A DNA stretch of 64,000 bases. Origin: Lama guanicoe. Taxonomy: Eukaryota. The stretch's first letter is position 1; each line of letters starts with the position of its first letter. The notes under the pieces are model-generated. The model saw only the letters and a list, made by a program, of their open reading frames with translations. It had not been told where the DNA came from and ran no database searches. Position numbers and translations under genes: made by a program. The stretch spans positions 1,747,518 through 1,811,517 of the forward strand of contig MU053810.1 in NCBI GenBank assembly GCA_013239625.1, given 5' to 3'. Below are positions 25,501 to 39,450 of the stretch, piece by piece.

Positions 25501-27266
25501 CGTGATGCAAATTCCACATCCTGACAGTCTCCCAGTATCACCACTCCCTTGCAGTACAGCCCTCTTACAAACTTCACATGGGAGATGCCACTGTAAGGGG
25601 TGTTAACTCAAACCCACTATATTATTTTTCCTGTTCTATAACAACTGATTATACTTACAAGTATTTAGAAATAAAATTTCCTTTTCCCATGTAATTATGC
25701 GTTAGTTTCCATTTTATCCTTTCTTTGAAAATCACAATGCATTGCTTCTCCTGTGTAACTGGGCTGTGTCTGAAGCACTGGCATGTGTTCTCCAAACTAC
25801 AGGCTACTCTGTGTTTATGTTCAAAATCTAAATTCAACTTTTTTGGTTTATCTAGAAACTCAGGTTTGATTCATCATTAAGGGGGTCCTAGAATATATTC
25901 TTTAAAAATATGTATTTCTACAGATAATGGTTATGTGTTTAAAACAGCACATTCCTTGGGTTTTCCAATTTTGGCAGAAACTTATTAGAAGAGTTACATT
26001 TTTAAAGAATTACCTAGCTATATATTTTAGCAGGTACAACTATTAAATGCCTTCTTTGGCATTTAATTGGTTGCTTGCAAATGGCACTCACCACCTAAAT
26101 AGAAATATAAATGTCTTCAAGATGCAAACTGGATAAAATTATATGCAGGGCTGAAAAAGATTTGCAAATTGAATCAATGGCAGAGTCTTTTAATTGAGAA
26201 GTGAAATCTTCAACTGGATTCAGCTCAATTTAGCAAATTGAGTTGTGTCTTTCTGTTACACTGCAGATGTTAAGATTATGTCAAGCTCTAAAATCCTCTG
26301 GTTGATTTTATTATTTCAAATTTCTTGACTGAGATTTATCAAAGTACCCAAAACTGGGTTCACTCTTGGTTCCTCTAAAGGTTCTTCCTTTTGATAAAGT
26401 TAAGTTTCTTTAAAAAAAAAAAAACATGCTTGAATATAAACTCTTAATTGCTAATGATATTTAAAGGATGAGCACTCCAGACAGCATTGATGTGTTATGC
26501 AGGTTGGGACTGTGTTTGTCATTTCTTCTTGTTGCTAGGAAATGTACTAAGACTAGATTCTGAAAGGGTGCGTTCTTGAGTCAGAGGGTGGTGCCTTCAT
26601 CAAAGGGATGCTGAAATAGCTACATCAAACAGTTTGCAGAACATGATTAAGTTAATTCTGGGGTGCAGATCTGCAAAGTGATTGATTTCAAAGGGCTAAG
26701 ACAGAAATACCTTGAATGAACTATACGATGGCTGGTCTAAATTCTGATTCTGTTGTGTTTACTTTCCTATTTCTGAACATAAGGCTTTTCATCCAAAGAT
26801 AAAATGTTAGAACGTTATTCTGACTTTTTCACTAGACTGCTTCTAAGGTTATATTTTTATCACCTAACCTGTAGTGACAGATCAAGTGTTTAGTCTTTCA
26901 CTTATCATTCAGTTGAATTATTTTTTGTCTTTAATACATAAATCATCAAAGTAACATATCTTTTGCTTTTCTTTCCTACCTTCCCTTGCTATTTTTTGTC
27001 TACTTCTTTCACATAAATCAGTCATGTAAGCAAAGGGAAAGTGTTGTTACCTTTTGACAGGGTATTGAATTTCTATCACTTTCTGTTTCAAAACCTGTAA
27101 ATATCTTGGCATTTGGTTTTATCTGTTGCTTTGTTTGACTGCTTTTCAGGATAGCACTAACTCTAAGTGTATATGTACCGTAACAGTGAAAATTTCTTAT
27201 ACTTCAGAATATTATTTTGAATGTTCCCTTGGGTTAAGAATTTCTGTCCCAAAATTTTGTCCAAAA

Positions 27267-27461
27267 GAGTGGTTTTTCAACTTCTCCTGTGCATCGGAGT
27301 CATCTGGTTAGTCTCATCTAATTTTATTATCTGAGCTCATGAAAACCCATGTTCAGACTGTTCTCCATACCGATTAAATCTGAACCATGGGAGCTGGGAC
27401 CCAGGCATCAGCACTTATTAACCCCAGGTGACTCGCATGCAAAGTTCAGTTGAGAACAAGT
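27267..27461. mobile_element. MER5-type hAT-Charlie MITE
   Basis: Inverted termini 'agtggtttttcaact...agttgagaacaagtg' and internal 'gggacccaggcatcag...ccccaggtgactc'. Confidence 0.75.
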
Positions 27462-27930
27462 GGTCCGATGCAATGCTTCATAAATAGTAAAGAGCCTGAG
27501 AATCATTGGAGGAAGAAGAAAGTCTTGTGAAAATGCATTTTCTGCAGAGTAGTTCCACAGTGGAGCCCAAATCTTTGCAGTGCATTCCTGACAAGTTCTC
27601 AGACAATGTGGGCACGGCCAGTTCACAGACCACCCTGAGTATCAAAAGTTGAGTGAATTCTTGATTTCTTTCTGCCAGAGTCCCCAAATAAGAATGGCAT
27701 TTCTTACACCAAATCCACCCATTTGTCCTCACCTATACCTCATGACTCTCCATATTTTAATTTGTGACAAGAATTTACCTTGGTCTACATGTGTCTTGCT
27801 CAGCAGTGTCAGGGGATGTAAAAGTATTATGTCTGTTCCTTCTCAACTCATTTTAATACAGTATGTGAAAATTAGTCCATTCTAGCCATTAAAAATTTAT
27901 TTTCGTAAAGTCAGTTACGTTTTCTGTGTT

Positions 27931-28012
27931 TTGTTGAACCATATGAAATTGTTGATTTTTTTTTTTTACCATTTTTGACCTGCAAAATTGCAATTTCATT
28001 GTTCAACCTAAT
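27931..28012. mobile_element. MADE2 mariner-derived MITE
   Basis: Terminal inverted repeats 'gttgaaccatatgaaattg' and 'caatttcattgttcaacctaat' around 'accatttttgacct'; about 80 bp. Confidence 0.85.
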
Positions 28013-28587
28013 TATTTAAAAAATTCTTATCCACTCTAGGAAAAGCAAAAGAAAAACCACATTGGCATACACATTTCCCCCTTTGTGTTGATTTGTAGAT
28101 AGGATCTGTAGAGTTTATGCTGCTGATAGAGCATAGAACAAAAATGGTATAGCAGAACCTCAGGAAATACACACACACGGCTTCCAAGAATTAGCTGTAA
28201 ATACACTTTCCATCTGCCATCAGCAAAGTGTTTTACTATGTCCTCTCACTGATCGATTCTTACCTTTCTTTCTGTGCTCATCTCCTATATAATTTCAACC
28301 TGCCTTCTTCTTGTCCGAAACCTGGTCTTGGCAACTCCTGTCGGAGGAAGGGAACTGCCATACACCATTAGATTTTGGACCCTGAGATTTGTGAGGGGCC
28401 CCAGGAACAGTTTCTGTGTGGCCCAATATTTCTTGTAACCCTTCCTGGGTTACTAAACATATATAACGTTATTATTATAAACGTGAAATATCTAGTGATC
28501 GTGGTTAATTGCCTTGTGCTACTAAAATAATGTATATATCACTATAAAATTAGGGTGACTTTGATATTGATTTTATTTGGCTTCACT

Positions 28588-29880
28588 TGATTTATTCAAG
28601 AAACATTTCTTAAACTGCTGTGTGCCGTGCACATTCATAGGAGATGCAAATACACAGGTAAACAAGGGTTGAGCCTACTGTGAGGAAGCAAGTGGTCCAG
28701 TGGGATGAGACAGGGTAAGGCATCGATAATTAGGTGTGGTGTGAAAAGCATGAGGACAGATTCAGGAGAAACTATGAGGGCAGAGAAGAGGCATCTAAAT
28801 AAAACTGGAATTATGGGAAAGCTTCCCAGACATGATGCTTGATCCAAGTCTTGAAGTGTGAGTATAGAAAAGGGCCAGAAGAATGACATTTCAGCAAAGG
28901 GATCCGCAAAGGCTGAGGTTCAGTAGCATGAAACATCAAAATCTGTTTGGCTAACTCTAAAGAGTTTCCACCATTTATCTGGCTGGGGTGAGAGTATGCG
29001 TTAAGTAGTGATGGGTGGTGAGGCTGAACAATAAGAGGGGCTACTTCAGGGCTCATACCTTTTTACATCAGGCAAAGGAGTTTAAACTTTATCCTCAAGA
29101 CACTGGGAGCCACTGAAATCATTTAGACAGGGGAATATTGTAAAAAGTTTCCCACATTTTAGTAGTTCATTCTTGAGGGGTTGCGGGGAAAGAAGTGAGA
29201 CTGAGGCCAGGAAAAGTAGTTAGGACACTATACGAGTAAGCTACAGAAGAAATGATGAGAGGCTAAACTAAACTAGTGGTTGCTAATGCGAATAAAGAAG
29301 AGAGAATGGGCGGGAGAAGTGTATTTAACAAAGTAGAATCTGCATAACTAACGTCTGATTGGATGTGTGATTTATGTGATAGGAAGGTGACTAAGATGGC
29401 TCCCAGGCCTTGGGGTTAGTTATCTGGGTGGATGATGGTGCTGTTAAGAGGGGACACAGGAAAAAGACCACATTTTGAGGAGAGGCAATGAATTTAATTT
29501 GAGCAAATTGACTTTGAAGTGATCTTGTGGGACGTGCAAATGAAGATGTCCAGTAGGCAGTTTTCTATGCAAATTAGGAGTTCACTTGAGAAATACAAGC
29601 AAACAATATAAATTTAGGCATCATCAGCATATAAGTGATAGTTGAAGTTATCAGTGTGAATGAAATTACAAAAGAATAATATAAAAATGAAAAGAACAGA
29701 GGACTAATGAGTGAAAACAGCATTTGAGATTTTGTGAAGAAAACTGAGAACGGAGTCAAAGAGATGACAAGAAAACCAGAAGAGTTTAGTATCACAGAAA
29801 CCAAAGAAGAAGAAAATTTCAAGGAGGAAGTAGTGAACAATGTCAATGCTGCAAATGAGTCAAGTAAAAAGAAGAAATCC
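28588..29880 (-). mobile_element. L2 LINE remnant (about 1.3 kb)
   Basis: Antisense L2 3' end 'ttattcaagaaacatttct...tgtgtgcc', 'gaagatgtccagtaggcagtt', 'aatttaggcatcatcagcatata'; 'gtcaatgctgcaaatgagtcaagtaa' corresponds to the L2 RT motif LLDLSAAFD. Confidence 0.85.
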
Positions 29881-29925
29881 AGGACGTTGTACAGTGCACA
29901 GTTGCACAATCTCCAGACAACCAGG

Positions 29926-30304
29926 ACTCTATTTTTAGTTTTTTAAGGAACTTCCATACTTCTCCATAGTGGCTGCACCAATTTACATTCCCACCAACAG
30001 CATAGGAGGGTTCCCTTTTTTCACACCCTCTCCAGCATTTATTATTTGTAGACTTTTTGATGATGGCCATTCTGACGGGTGTGAGGTGACATCTCACTGC
30101 ATTTTTTGATTTGCATTTCTCTGATAATTAGCCATGTTGAGTATCTTTTCATGTGCCTGTTGGCCATCTGTGTGTCTTCTTTGGAGAAATGTCTTTTTAG
30201 GTCCTCTGCCCATTTTTTGAATGGGTTTTTTGGGTTTTTTTTTTTTTTTTGACGTTGAGCTATTTGCATACTTTGGAAATTAATCGCTTATCAGTCACAT
30301 GGTT
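29926..30304 (-). mobile_element. L1 ORF2 C-terminal (cysteine-rich) internal fragment
   Basis: ORF-track peptides '[38 protein letters not shown]' and '[30 protein letters not shown]...VGGNVNWCSH' are L1 ORF2p; frameshifted. Confidence 0.93.
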
Positions 30305-30625
30305 AAAACATTATTTTAGGCAAAAGAAGTGAGGCATGAAAGAGTACATATAGTATGACTCAGTTTATATGAAATTCAATATAGATGAAATTAATCTACA
30401 GTAACAGAAGTCAGCACAGTGGTTGCCCATGGCAGGGCGGGGTGGGAGTGGTAAGGATGAACTAGAAGGGCGAAAGGAATTTTAGGGGGACATGGAAATA
30501 TTCTGTATCTTGATTTGGCTTATGATTACTTTGTTATATAAAATTGTCAAAATTTATTGAATTGTACACTTATGATCTGTGCATTTCAAGGATGCAAATT
30601 TTACCTTAGTGAAAGAAAAGAAAAA
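30305..30625 (+). mobile_element. Old L1 (L1MC/MD/ME) 3' UTR
   Basis: 'agagtacatatagtatgactcagtttatatgaaattc...gaagtcagcacagtggttgcc...ggaaatattctgtatcttgatttgg...gtacacttatgatctgtgcatttc'. Confidence 0.8.
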
Positions 30626-30854
30626 TTTTGATGTGCTTCTCATAAACTATGTAGTTTTTTAAAAAGTCTCATGAGTCAATTTTTCCAAACTTCTTAAAAT
30701 TCTCAACGAAAGGGAGCTAAAAGCTTTATCCTTAGCAAACAAGCTTTTCTAATTAGTAACCTTAAAAATTTAATGCTTCTGATTATTTGATTCCTGGTTT
30801 GCTTTAAGTTATTCTTAGAATCTTCCCATGTGGTTGCTAATAATGATAAAATTA

Positions 30855-31050
30855 TCTAGCATTATTGGGCTGTTACTGTGTTACACCAGACACTCTTCTA
30901 AGGGCTTTGCACGTTCATCTCATTTAATTCCTACAGCAGCCTATGAAGAAAGTGCTCTTGGAATCCCATTTTACGCACAAAGTATCAGAAGCACAAGGAT
31001 GTAAGTGATCTGGGGGTCACGTGGTTTGCAAGGGCTGTAGCTGGGCTCCA
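30855..31050 (-). mobile_element. MIR SINE
   Basis: 'catctcatttaattcctacagcagcctatga...atcccattttac...ggggtcacgtgg'. Confidence 0.7.
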
Positions 31051-33185
31051 CCGAGTGCTCTGCCGTCTGAGCATGCGCTGTGCTCCCCATGGCCATCCTG
31101 TCCTGCAGCCCAGGAGGGTGGCGCTGGATGTTGCACTGAACGTGGCGGAAGAATCCTGGTCGCCCTGTGCCCGTCACAGTGGAAAGACAGATGTGTGTCC
31201 CAACCACTCAGCGACTGTGGAGCCTCAGTACATCCGCTCCTCTTAATCAGGGCTTGTGCTACCAGATCAGCTTGAGACCTTCTTGAAATTATTCATGGAA
31301 ATGGAATTCGTTCTCTCACTGAAGCTTAAGTGCATGTTGAATGAAAGCAAGGACACTGTGTAGCCATTTGCCCGCCATCCTCCCTCCATTAAAGCCGTCC
31401 AGTGTCTCAGCAATCACAAGCAGCACCACCTGCCAAATCACACAGTGCGCCTTTTAGGGCCTCTCCTCCCATCCCCCACACTTTGAGACCAAAGCACTTG
31501 CAACTGAAAAACTCACAGGACTGCCGCCTCCGCATGGGGGTGGGGCCATTTGACTTGACGGAAAAGATTAGACTGGGGCTAGTGCTCACCTCCCGGACTA
31601 ACCATATTCTATCCCACATTCAGTGTGTGGAACTTCATATTCCAGGAAACTAGACATTCCAGGACCTAAAGGCAGACAGTTGTGATAAACACAATTTTTA
31701 GAGCATTCTTACTCCCAAACAGGCTAGTTGGCTCTGTCCCCGTTGGAGGCATTATCTGAGCCATGTTTTGACAGTATGGATGCCGAACAGTGAACGCAAA
31801 TACCCTGCAAAAACAGGTTCTCAGTGGTTTTGATTTTTCCTTTCTACCCTTGATGTGTGTGCACGTGTTAACAGTTTTGGTGTCACGAATTAAAATAAAA
31901 TTCGAGGCTCTACCCAAGGTGTTTTTGTTTTGTTTTGTTTTCCCATTTCTGATGCTGTCTTTTTGAGATACGTAGCACATACATACAGTCCTGCCCATTG
32001 ATCCTCCTGGGAGAGTCCAGACATCAAACCACAACAAATAACAAAAGGACTGTATGGGTTGTTAAGAACATCAGAGGTTGAGGTTCAGTCCTGAGGTGCC
32101 CACAAGGGCCAAGTTGGTACCTCCAGCAACTACATTAATCCCCTGCTTTCTTCAGAAGCACAAAGATTTTCATTAATTTTGAGCCTAAACTCAGGGACCA
32201 AAGAACTTGAGATTGGTTCAATATTCAGCAGTTTTCAGAAGATGCTGCCAATAGAGGTTGATTTTATTTAGATAGCCCACTGGACCACAGCAGCTGGGCT
32301 CGTTTTGCAAACAGTGGCTGCAGGTTACACGTAGCACGCTCCTGTCCCTGCCACCACCGGAGTCTGGGGAGAGACCATGCAAACTCAGAAGGACCCCGGT
32401 GGCCTGTTTTCCTGCAGGTGGGTATACAGTGCCACTGCATGGAGATTGATCTAGATCTTCCCACTGGAAAAACTTCTCACAGAGACGTGGCTGCTTTCAT
32501 CTGACATGCACTGCAGCTTCAGTGAGAGGATGGCTACCCACTTCCATGGATGATTCCAAGAAGGCCTCGTACTGACTCAGTGGCACAGCCACGAGTGAAA
32601 GGAATGGAGATGTGAAGGGTCCATGTTAGCTAAGAAAGGGTGCTGAATTTGCTAGGGAAGCAGACATTCACTGTGATATTCATATGCTTGTACATAAGTG
32701 GCCTGTTTTAATATAAGTGACTTCATTCTGGAGTGGATGGGATTAAATAGCATGAAAAGTCACTCTTTTCTGTACCCCCAGATCTTGAAAATAGGTTGTC
32801 AGCCTCATTTTTGGTATTCCGTAGTCACTGTGGTTATATTTTCAAGATATCTATTTAATATATGTTTCATATTTAGATGGGTAATTTAAGTACTAAGACT
32901 TCTGTGGATTGTTTTGTAGAAGTAGAGACATATTTTATTTTGGGGGATATTTTTAAAATAGATTTTTAAATAAATAAACCAAACTTGGTATAGAAAGCTG
33001 ATGTTAGGGAAACTCTGAAAGTTAGGTCTTATAAAGATCTTGGTTGCTGAATACATGAGAGGCACAGATGGATTATTACAAAAAGTAACACGAACAAGAA
33101 ATGAAAAACTATGATGGATTATTCCAAAGATTTATTTTTGGTGTAACAGTGGCTAGAAATACTGTAAATCCTCCCTGTAGATGTG

Positions 33186-33204
33186 CACACACACACACAC
33201 ACAC
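33186..33204. repeat. (CA)n microsatellite
   Basis: About 9 CA units seen directly. Confidence 0.9.
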
Positions 33205-35344
33205 CGTGCACCCATCACATAATGAAGCTGGAAGCAGGCTGGGTGGCGACTGCCGTCCAGAATCCCTCATTTTGATGGGATCAAGCATCCCTTTTAATAT
33301 GATTTCACGGAAATTTTATGTAGCTTTATTTTTCTGAGATAAAAGGTAGCGGATTATTGTTCAAGAAGGATTGTCATACCCTAAGCTCCTTTAAACCAGA
33401 ATGTTTTATCCATTTCCCTGAATGGAATTTCACAGCTGCCGTGTACTGGCACAGGCTGCAGAAGAGAAGCCGGGCCAGCTGCCCCCGCCAGATATTGTTC
33501 TCACCATACATAATGCACTTAGCTGGGTTTTGTGCACCCATTTTAATGTCTTTTCACAGTACTTACCCAAGTGCCTCCTGTGGAGATGTCATAATGTGAA
33601 TTATGAACGTATTGTCACAGCGATGCATGCTGTGGATTGGGTGTAGCTTGTCTAATAGTTTCAAGGAAACCTAATGCCTGCCTAATACTGAAAGATTGGT
33701 AAGCATCCAAAAACAATAGGAGCACCATGATTAAGAAAATGAAAGAACTAAGGGAATTAAGAAAAATAAGAAAATGCATAAAACACCAGGAGAAACGCTG
33801 AATGACATCAAGGTCATAATCATGGCTCTAGAAGTTCAAAAGCACTGAGGAAAAATTTATGAGCCACAAAATGAGATCAGTTGCAAGGGAAACTTCCAGA
33901 GGAAAGTCAGTGTAGTTAAAATTTTTATTCTTACTTGGTTTTCGCCTATTACAGTCTTAGCTCATAAATGGGTTTGGTAATATTCCACAGGGAAAGTCAT
34001 GTACTTTTAATCCAGAAGTGAAATACTGACATGTTAAGCATTTCATAGTTTAACTTCATTCTAAAGTGTTAAAAAAAAAAACATTTGACATCATCTGTAT
34101 AAGATTTATGAATTTTGAACAAATTTGTGCAAGACTTTGTCCAAAGCCTCTTGGTCCCCTCAAAGGCATTTATCCATAGTGGAATGTATGGGCTGCAGTA
34201 TTTCTCTTTAAAGCCATCAGAAAAGTTAACTCTAAAGTGGATAAGGAATGTGTATTAAAATCTCTTTAACATATTAAAGAATTGTACTTCTGAATACAGA
34301 ATATCAATGCTATATGCATGTTGATACTGAAAAAAAGGTCATACAGAGTGTAAGGAGATGTACAAGTTTAAAATTAAATGCTAAACTTTGAAGAAACAAA
34401 ACGTCAGTTTTTTCCCCTTCTTTCCTCCTGTCTTCTTTCTTCTACTTTCTTCTTTCTTTCATTTTATCGCTAATCCATAAGTCATAAACTTTTTTTGGAG
34501 GGCAGAAAATAAAACACATTAACATGAAGTCTTGAATATTTTCAACATGTGCTTAATGCCTTTTTAAAAAAATCTGTTGTCTTTGCTATCATGGTAGCAG
34601 AATGAGAGCAGAATGCTGTGATAGATTTGAGTTTTCTCACAGTCCTCTCTGTGTCTGAATATTGATCTGCATTTTATAAAGTACTAAAAAGTTAGGAACT
34701 CACATCACTCAGTGGATCAGATGAGAGTATATTATCTTTGATACTATTGATTTTCTGTGCTTCATTTATGTTTTAAAGTATGTCTTCGACAGAGTCGGGG
34801 AAAAAAGGCCTTGATTGAGCAGGCTTCCCAAACATATTTATATGCTTCCTGTTTGGGCGTTGAAGCTTCGTTTTATGGTGTCTTCTTGTCCTTCTCCGTT
34901 AATTCATCTTATTTAAATGCACGATGTAAAAGTGAAGAAGCCAAAGATTTGAATTGTCCTGCATGCGACCCTGCACGTGTGTGAGGACAGTTGTTTGGCT
35001 TTTGTTTACTTTTGGACATAAATGAAAGAGCGCAAGATATTTCTACGAAGAGAGTATGAGTTTGGGTCTTCAGACTCGCTGCCTTTGAATATCCCGCCAG
35101 CCCCTGATAGGCTGATGAGGATCAGAATTTGTACCTGAAATAGGATCAGGGTTTCCTTTGACCCACTTCTGCCTGTCAGTTTCCAAGAACAATCAGCTGA
35201 GCCCCAGAAGTGAATGTTACCAAGACTGACATCTTTGTTTATTGTCTTTCTCTGAAGGAATGAAATCAATTTATTTAAGAAGTCTGCCCTTGAGGTGAAT
35301 CAACTAAATTTCAGTTACGGGAATCACTGGCACTTGCTAGTAAT

Positions 35345-36388
35345 TCTTTTGTACTTTTCAGCTTCAGAATTTCTTTTTGGTTTCTTTTTTGGTTTTCTAT
35401 CTCTTTATGGATATTTTCGTTTTGTTCATACATTGCTTTCTTGACTTCCTCCACATTTTCCTTTCAGGCATCTTTAAGACAGTTCCTTTAAAGTGTTTGC
35501 CTAATAGATTAGCCATCGGGTCTTTCCCGGGGACAGTTTCTGTTGATTTTTTTTTTCCTTTGAATGAGCCATACTTTCCTGTTCCATTGTATGCTTTGTG
35601 AATTTTTCTTCACAACTGGACATTTGAATCTAAGAAAGTGTTAACTCTGGAAATCAGATTCTTCCGCCTTTCCCCAGGGTTTGCTGCTTTTTGTTGTCAT
35701 TTTTGTTTATTGTTTTTGGTTTGGGGTTGTTGTAGGCTGTCTCTGTGCCCGGGATCAACCCGAGGTGTAATACTGAGGTCTTTTCAAGTCTTTTTCTGAG
35801 CTTCTCCCTGGCCATGCATGGCCACTTTCAAATTTTCCCCATATGTGTAGTTGATTCTGAATGTCCTGTCTTTAATATCTGGCTCCCAAATGTGGAAAAA
35901 GAGGAAAAATAAAGAGAGACGGGATAAAAAGGGCACTAACTCTTTAAATCACTTGGAAGTTACTTAAGCTGGAGGGAGAAAGGCTTGCGACAGTGGCAGA
36001 AAGTGCAAAATTAACTACTGCACCTTTGTCTGTGCCTCTGTGATGAGAACTACCAGTCAATGATCAGAACACAGACCCGTGTGGTTTGGAGGACAGAATC
36101 CTTTTCGCCTACCCTCGCCCCTGCAGGCTGCTTCAGGAACTGGCGTATAGCTGCCTGCCACATGGCTGAGGGGTGGAGGACGGGTAGCTACTACTGTCCT
36201 AAGTGCTAAAGTTGACTGAGATTAATCACAATTTACAGTCTGAGCCTTCCCCCTGAAAGTTGCAAGCCTTCAGTAGAGCCCAGAATTCCAAAACAGCTGC
36301 CAGACAGATTCTGCCGGCACAATTGTTGTCTGTATGGGGAGACAGATTCCTGATTTTCTCAACTCTGCCGTTGTCCCAGGGTCCTCTC
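35345..36388 (-). mobile_element. Old L1 5' UTR/ORF1 start (L1MD/L1MC 5'-end type), antisense
   Basis: 'gaatgagccatactttcctgtt', 'ctggacatttgaatc...taactctggaaatcagattc', terminal 'ggggagacagattcctg...actctgccgttgtccc'. Confidence 0.7.
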
Positions 36389-37696
36389 TGTAAATGAATT
36401 TTTGCATGATGATTTATTCTTTACATTTTATGGTCTTTAATTGATGAATTTCTGTTATGTAAGGGAAAGCTTTAGAAATCTGAGCTTTAATAGATTTGGA
36501 GAAGGATAACTGAATACCAACTATGAGTCTCAAGCAAAGAATAAACAAACAATAGCAACAAAAATTTAAAGGATGGATAGGAAGAATCGGGAGGTCATGT
36601 TGCTTCACTTGATTTGCAGTTCTGTCATTTTATATTTACCACACATTCTGATAGGCAGCCATGGTTTTCATTAACAAAAATTATAGTAAAAGAAATAAAT
36701 CAGTGCTTATTAAATGAGATTTAGTAGACCAAAAATATGTTTAAAATATAGAAACAAAGGTTAGAAATAGCAAAGGTGTAAACTGATAATGAAAGGACTG
36801 GGAGTCACTGTTCTAGAACTTCTGTGAGTCTTAAAGAATTTTCTAACAGTTCAAAAATACCGATCATATTACGTACTAAGATTCAGTTACCTGCTCTACA
36901 TAATTTTAGATCTCCTCTAAACACCTGAGCTTTCATCAAAGATTACAGAATTTCAGAACAAGAGAAGACTTTAGAAATAAGTTTTATTTGGTTGATTGAC
37001 TTTGGGTTGGATAATTATTACTTTAGAAATTTAATTTCTCCTTTTCCCTAACTCTCTGAAAATGGATATTACAGTGGAGAGCATCTTAGTAAAAGTCAGA
37101 GAAAATGATACAGGTCTGTGGAAAGGTGGGATCTTTTCAGATGCTGTGTCTTCCCTTTAGACAGTGAGAAAACTCTGTGAGGGTCATTTAGCATCCATTT
37201 GTTACACTTTTATAGAGTATTTCAGTTTAAAACAGATTTTGAAAATTATCCTTTGAAGTCATGCACAGACTTTCTGAAAATGCCTGTGTAGCCCATCAAA
37301 AGATGCCTGATACTCTTGAATTTAAATTTTCCAAGAGAATGTGAGAGAGATTTCAAAAAGTAATCAGTTTTTCCATAGGTAACGGTGCCAGTGGTTCAAT
37401 GAGAAAAATCAAAGTTAAATTTATGATATAGTTAATTAGAGTTTTAGATTTTCCACAGTGCTTTTAGAATAAAGACTATTAATTTTGCTTTATTTAATAG
37501 AATGAAGACCACTGAACTACAAATTAAAGCACAATTATAAATGTGTTTTTGATCATTAATACTATGGATTTTTCATTTGCCCAAATAAAGAGCATCTAAC
37601 TTCTAAAATTGGTGTTTGGGAAAGAAGAGTTGTACAGAAAGTAAAAACAAAAATCCACTGGTACTTTATTAGGAATATAAATATTCTGTCTACTGA

Positions 37697-37912
<216 letters not shown>

Positions 37913-38016
37913 TAAAAACCACGCTCGTCCGTGAACTCAAGCCATTTGCTGGCACCATCTGTATTTAATATGTAGCACGTGAGTTCTCCGTTTTGCAGTG
38001 GCGGGCTGGCTGATAT

Positions 38017-38028
38017 CACACGTGCGCG

Positions 38029-38066
<38 letters not shown>
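38017..38066. repeat. Compound (CG)6-(CA)n alternating purine-pyrimidine tract
   Basis: cacacgtgcgcgcgcgcgcgcacaca...cata seen directly. Confidence 0.95.
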
Positions 38067-39044
38067 ACGTGTCGATAGATTGCTTTCAGATGATGAGTTC
38101 AGTTACCTTATCGCAGCAGCTTTTAAAAGAAATAAGCCATCTTGCCTTTCACGGGTCTAAAAGAAAATCAAAGCCATACTTTTTGTCTTATTAAAGCAAG
38201 TATGTTAACTAGCTGCTCTCCTGATCCGAGAAGGAAATGAGGCATATGCTGGAGGCTGAAAGACTTAGCTTAAATCACCTGATCAATAAATACTAATTGA
38301 GTATTGGCTGGATTCTTCATACACGGTGGAGGGCTTGCTCTTAAAGAAAAATTTTTCTTTAGGAAAAATCTTGTTTTTACTACCAAATAGCAGCTATCAC
38401 AATAAGATAATGGTACGTACATCACCATTTGGTGTGAGGTGTGTGTATTTACACGTTTATATATATATAAATGCACATACACACAGTTTACTCAAACACG
38501 AAGAGAGCGCTGTGCCGAATCAGCGTTGTGTTTTCATATACAGAATGTAATTAGTGCCAGTGCCCAAGAGCAGTCAGGTAGGGGGACCAGAGGCCAGAGC
38601 CAAGTCCTGACGTCCAGAAAGCTGAGACTGGGAAGCCTGGGGGCCTCAGGACAAGGCCAGTGTGGCCAAGGCTCTTCCTGTCCCCCAGACAACTGGGCTT
38701 CCTGGGCCCCCGTGTGTGCAGCTTTCACTCCAGCATCTTAATGGAACCACCGCTCTTCCAACACGGCATGAATACTGAGCAGTGAAGGCAATCTTCTCCT
38801 GCAGAATTTCAGAATGAAATTTTTTCCGGTTCATTGGGTGACATACAGAAGGTTGCTTGAATTTTGTTCTATTGTTGAGTGAGAAATTATAATGACCTTT
38901 AGACAATTATAATGACCTTTAGACTACAAAATAACCTTTTTCCCCTTATCACTGGGGAGAGGGATGCAAATCAGTTAAATAATTGCCCCAAAGTCCTGTG
39001 TGGCTCTCACCCGTCCTTGGAATAACATGCCATCTCCTTAGGTC

Positions 39045-39450
39045 TCCTTCAAGGCCTTGTATCTGGAGCTTGTCTGTCATTTCAGTTTTTGTGCCACAGC
39101 TCCTCAGCCTCGGTTCCATCAGGTTCGCTCTGTTCTTCTCCAGGCACACCCAAATTCTCCTGCCACCAAGACATGCTCATTCTGTTCCTTCCATCAAAAA
39201 GTCCTCCCCTTCCACCTCAGTTCTTGAATTCAGAGTCTAAATAGCCTTCAATACCATGTACCCCTGAAGCTTCCCTGGACCATCTCTCTGCCTGGACAGC
39301 TGGACATAAGCTCTCTTTCCTCTGAAAGTCTAACTGTAGTAATACATCTTTATCCTTCTCTGACACTTAAACCTTTCTATTTTGCATTCCAGCTAGATCT
39401 GTAGGTGATTTATTCCCTTACAGACTTATAAATCCTTCAAGATTTGGATT
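39045..39450 (+). mobile_element. L2 remnant
   Basis: 'ttcaaggccttgtatctgg...ttctccaggcacaccc...catgctcattctgttccttcc...gaagcttccctggacc...agacttataaatccttcaag'. Confidence 0.55.
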
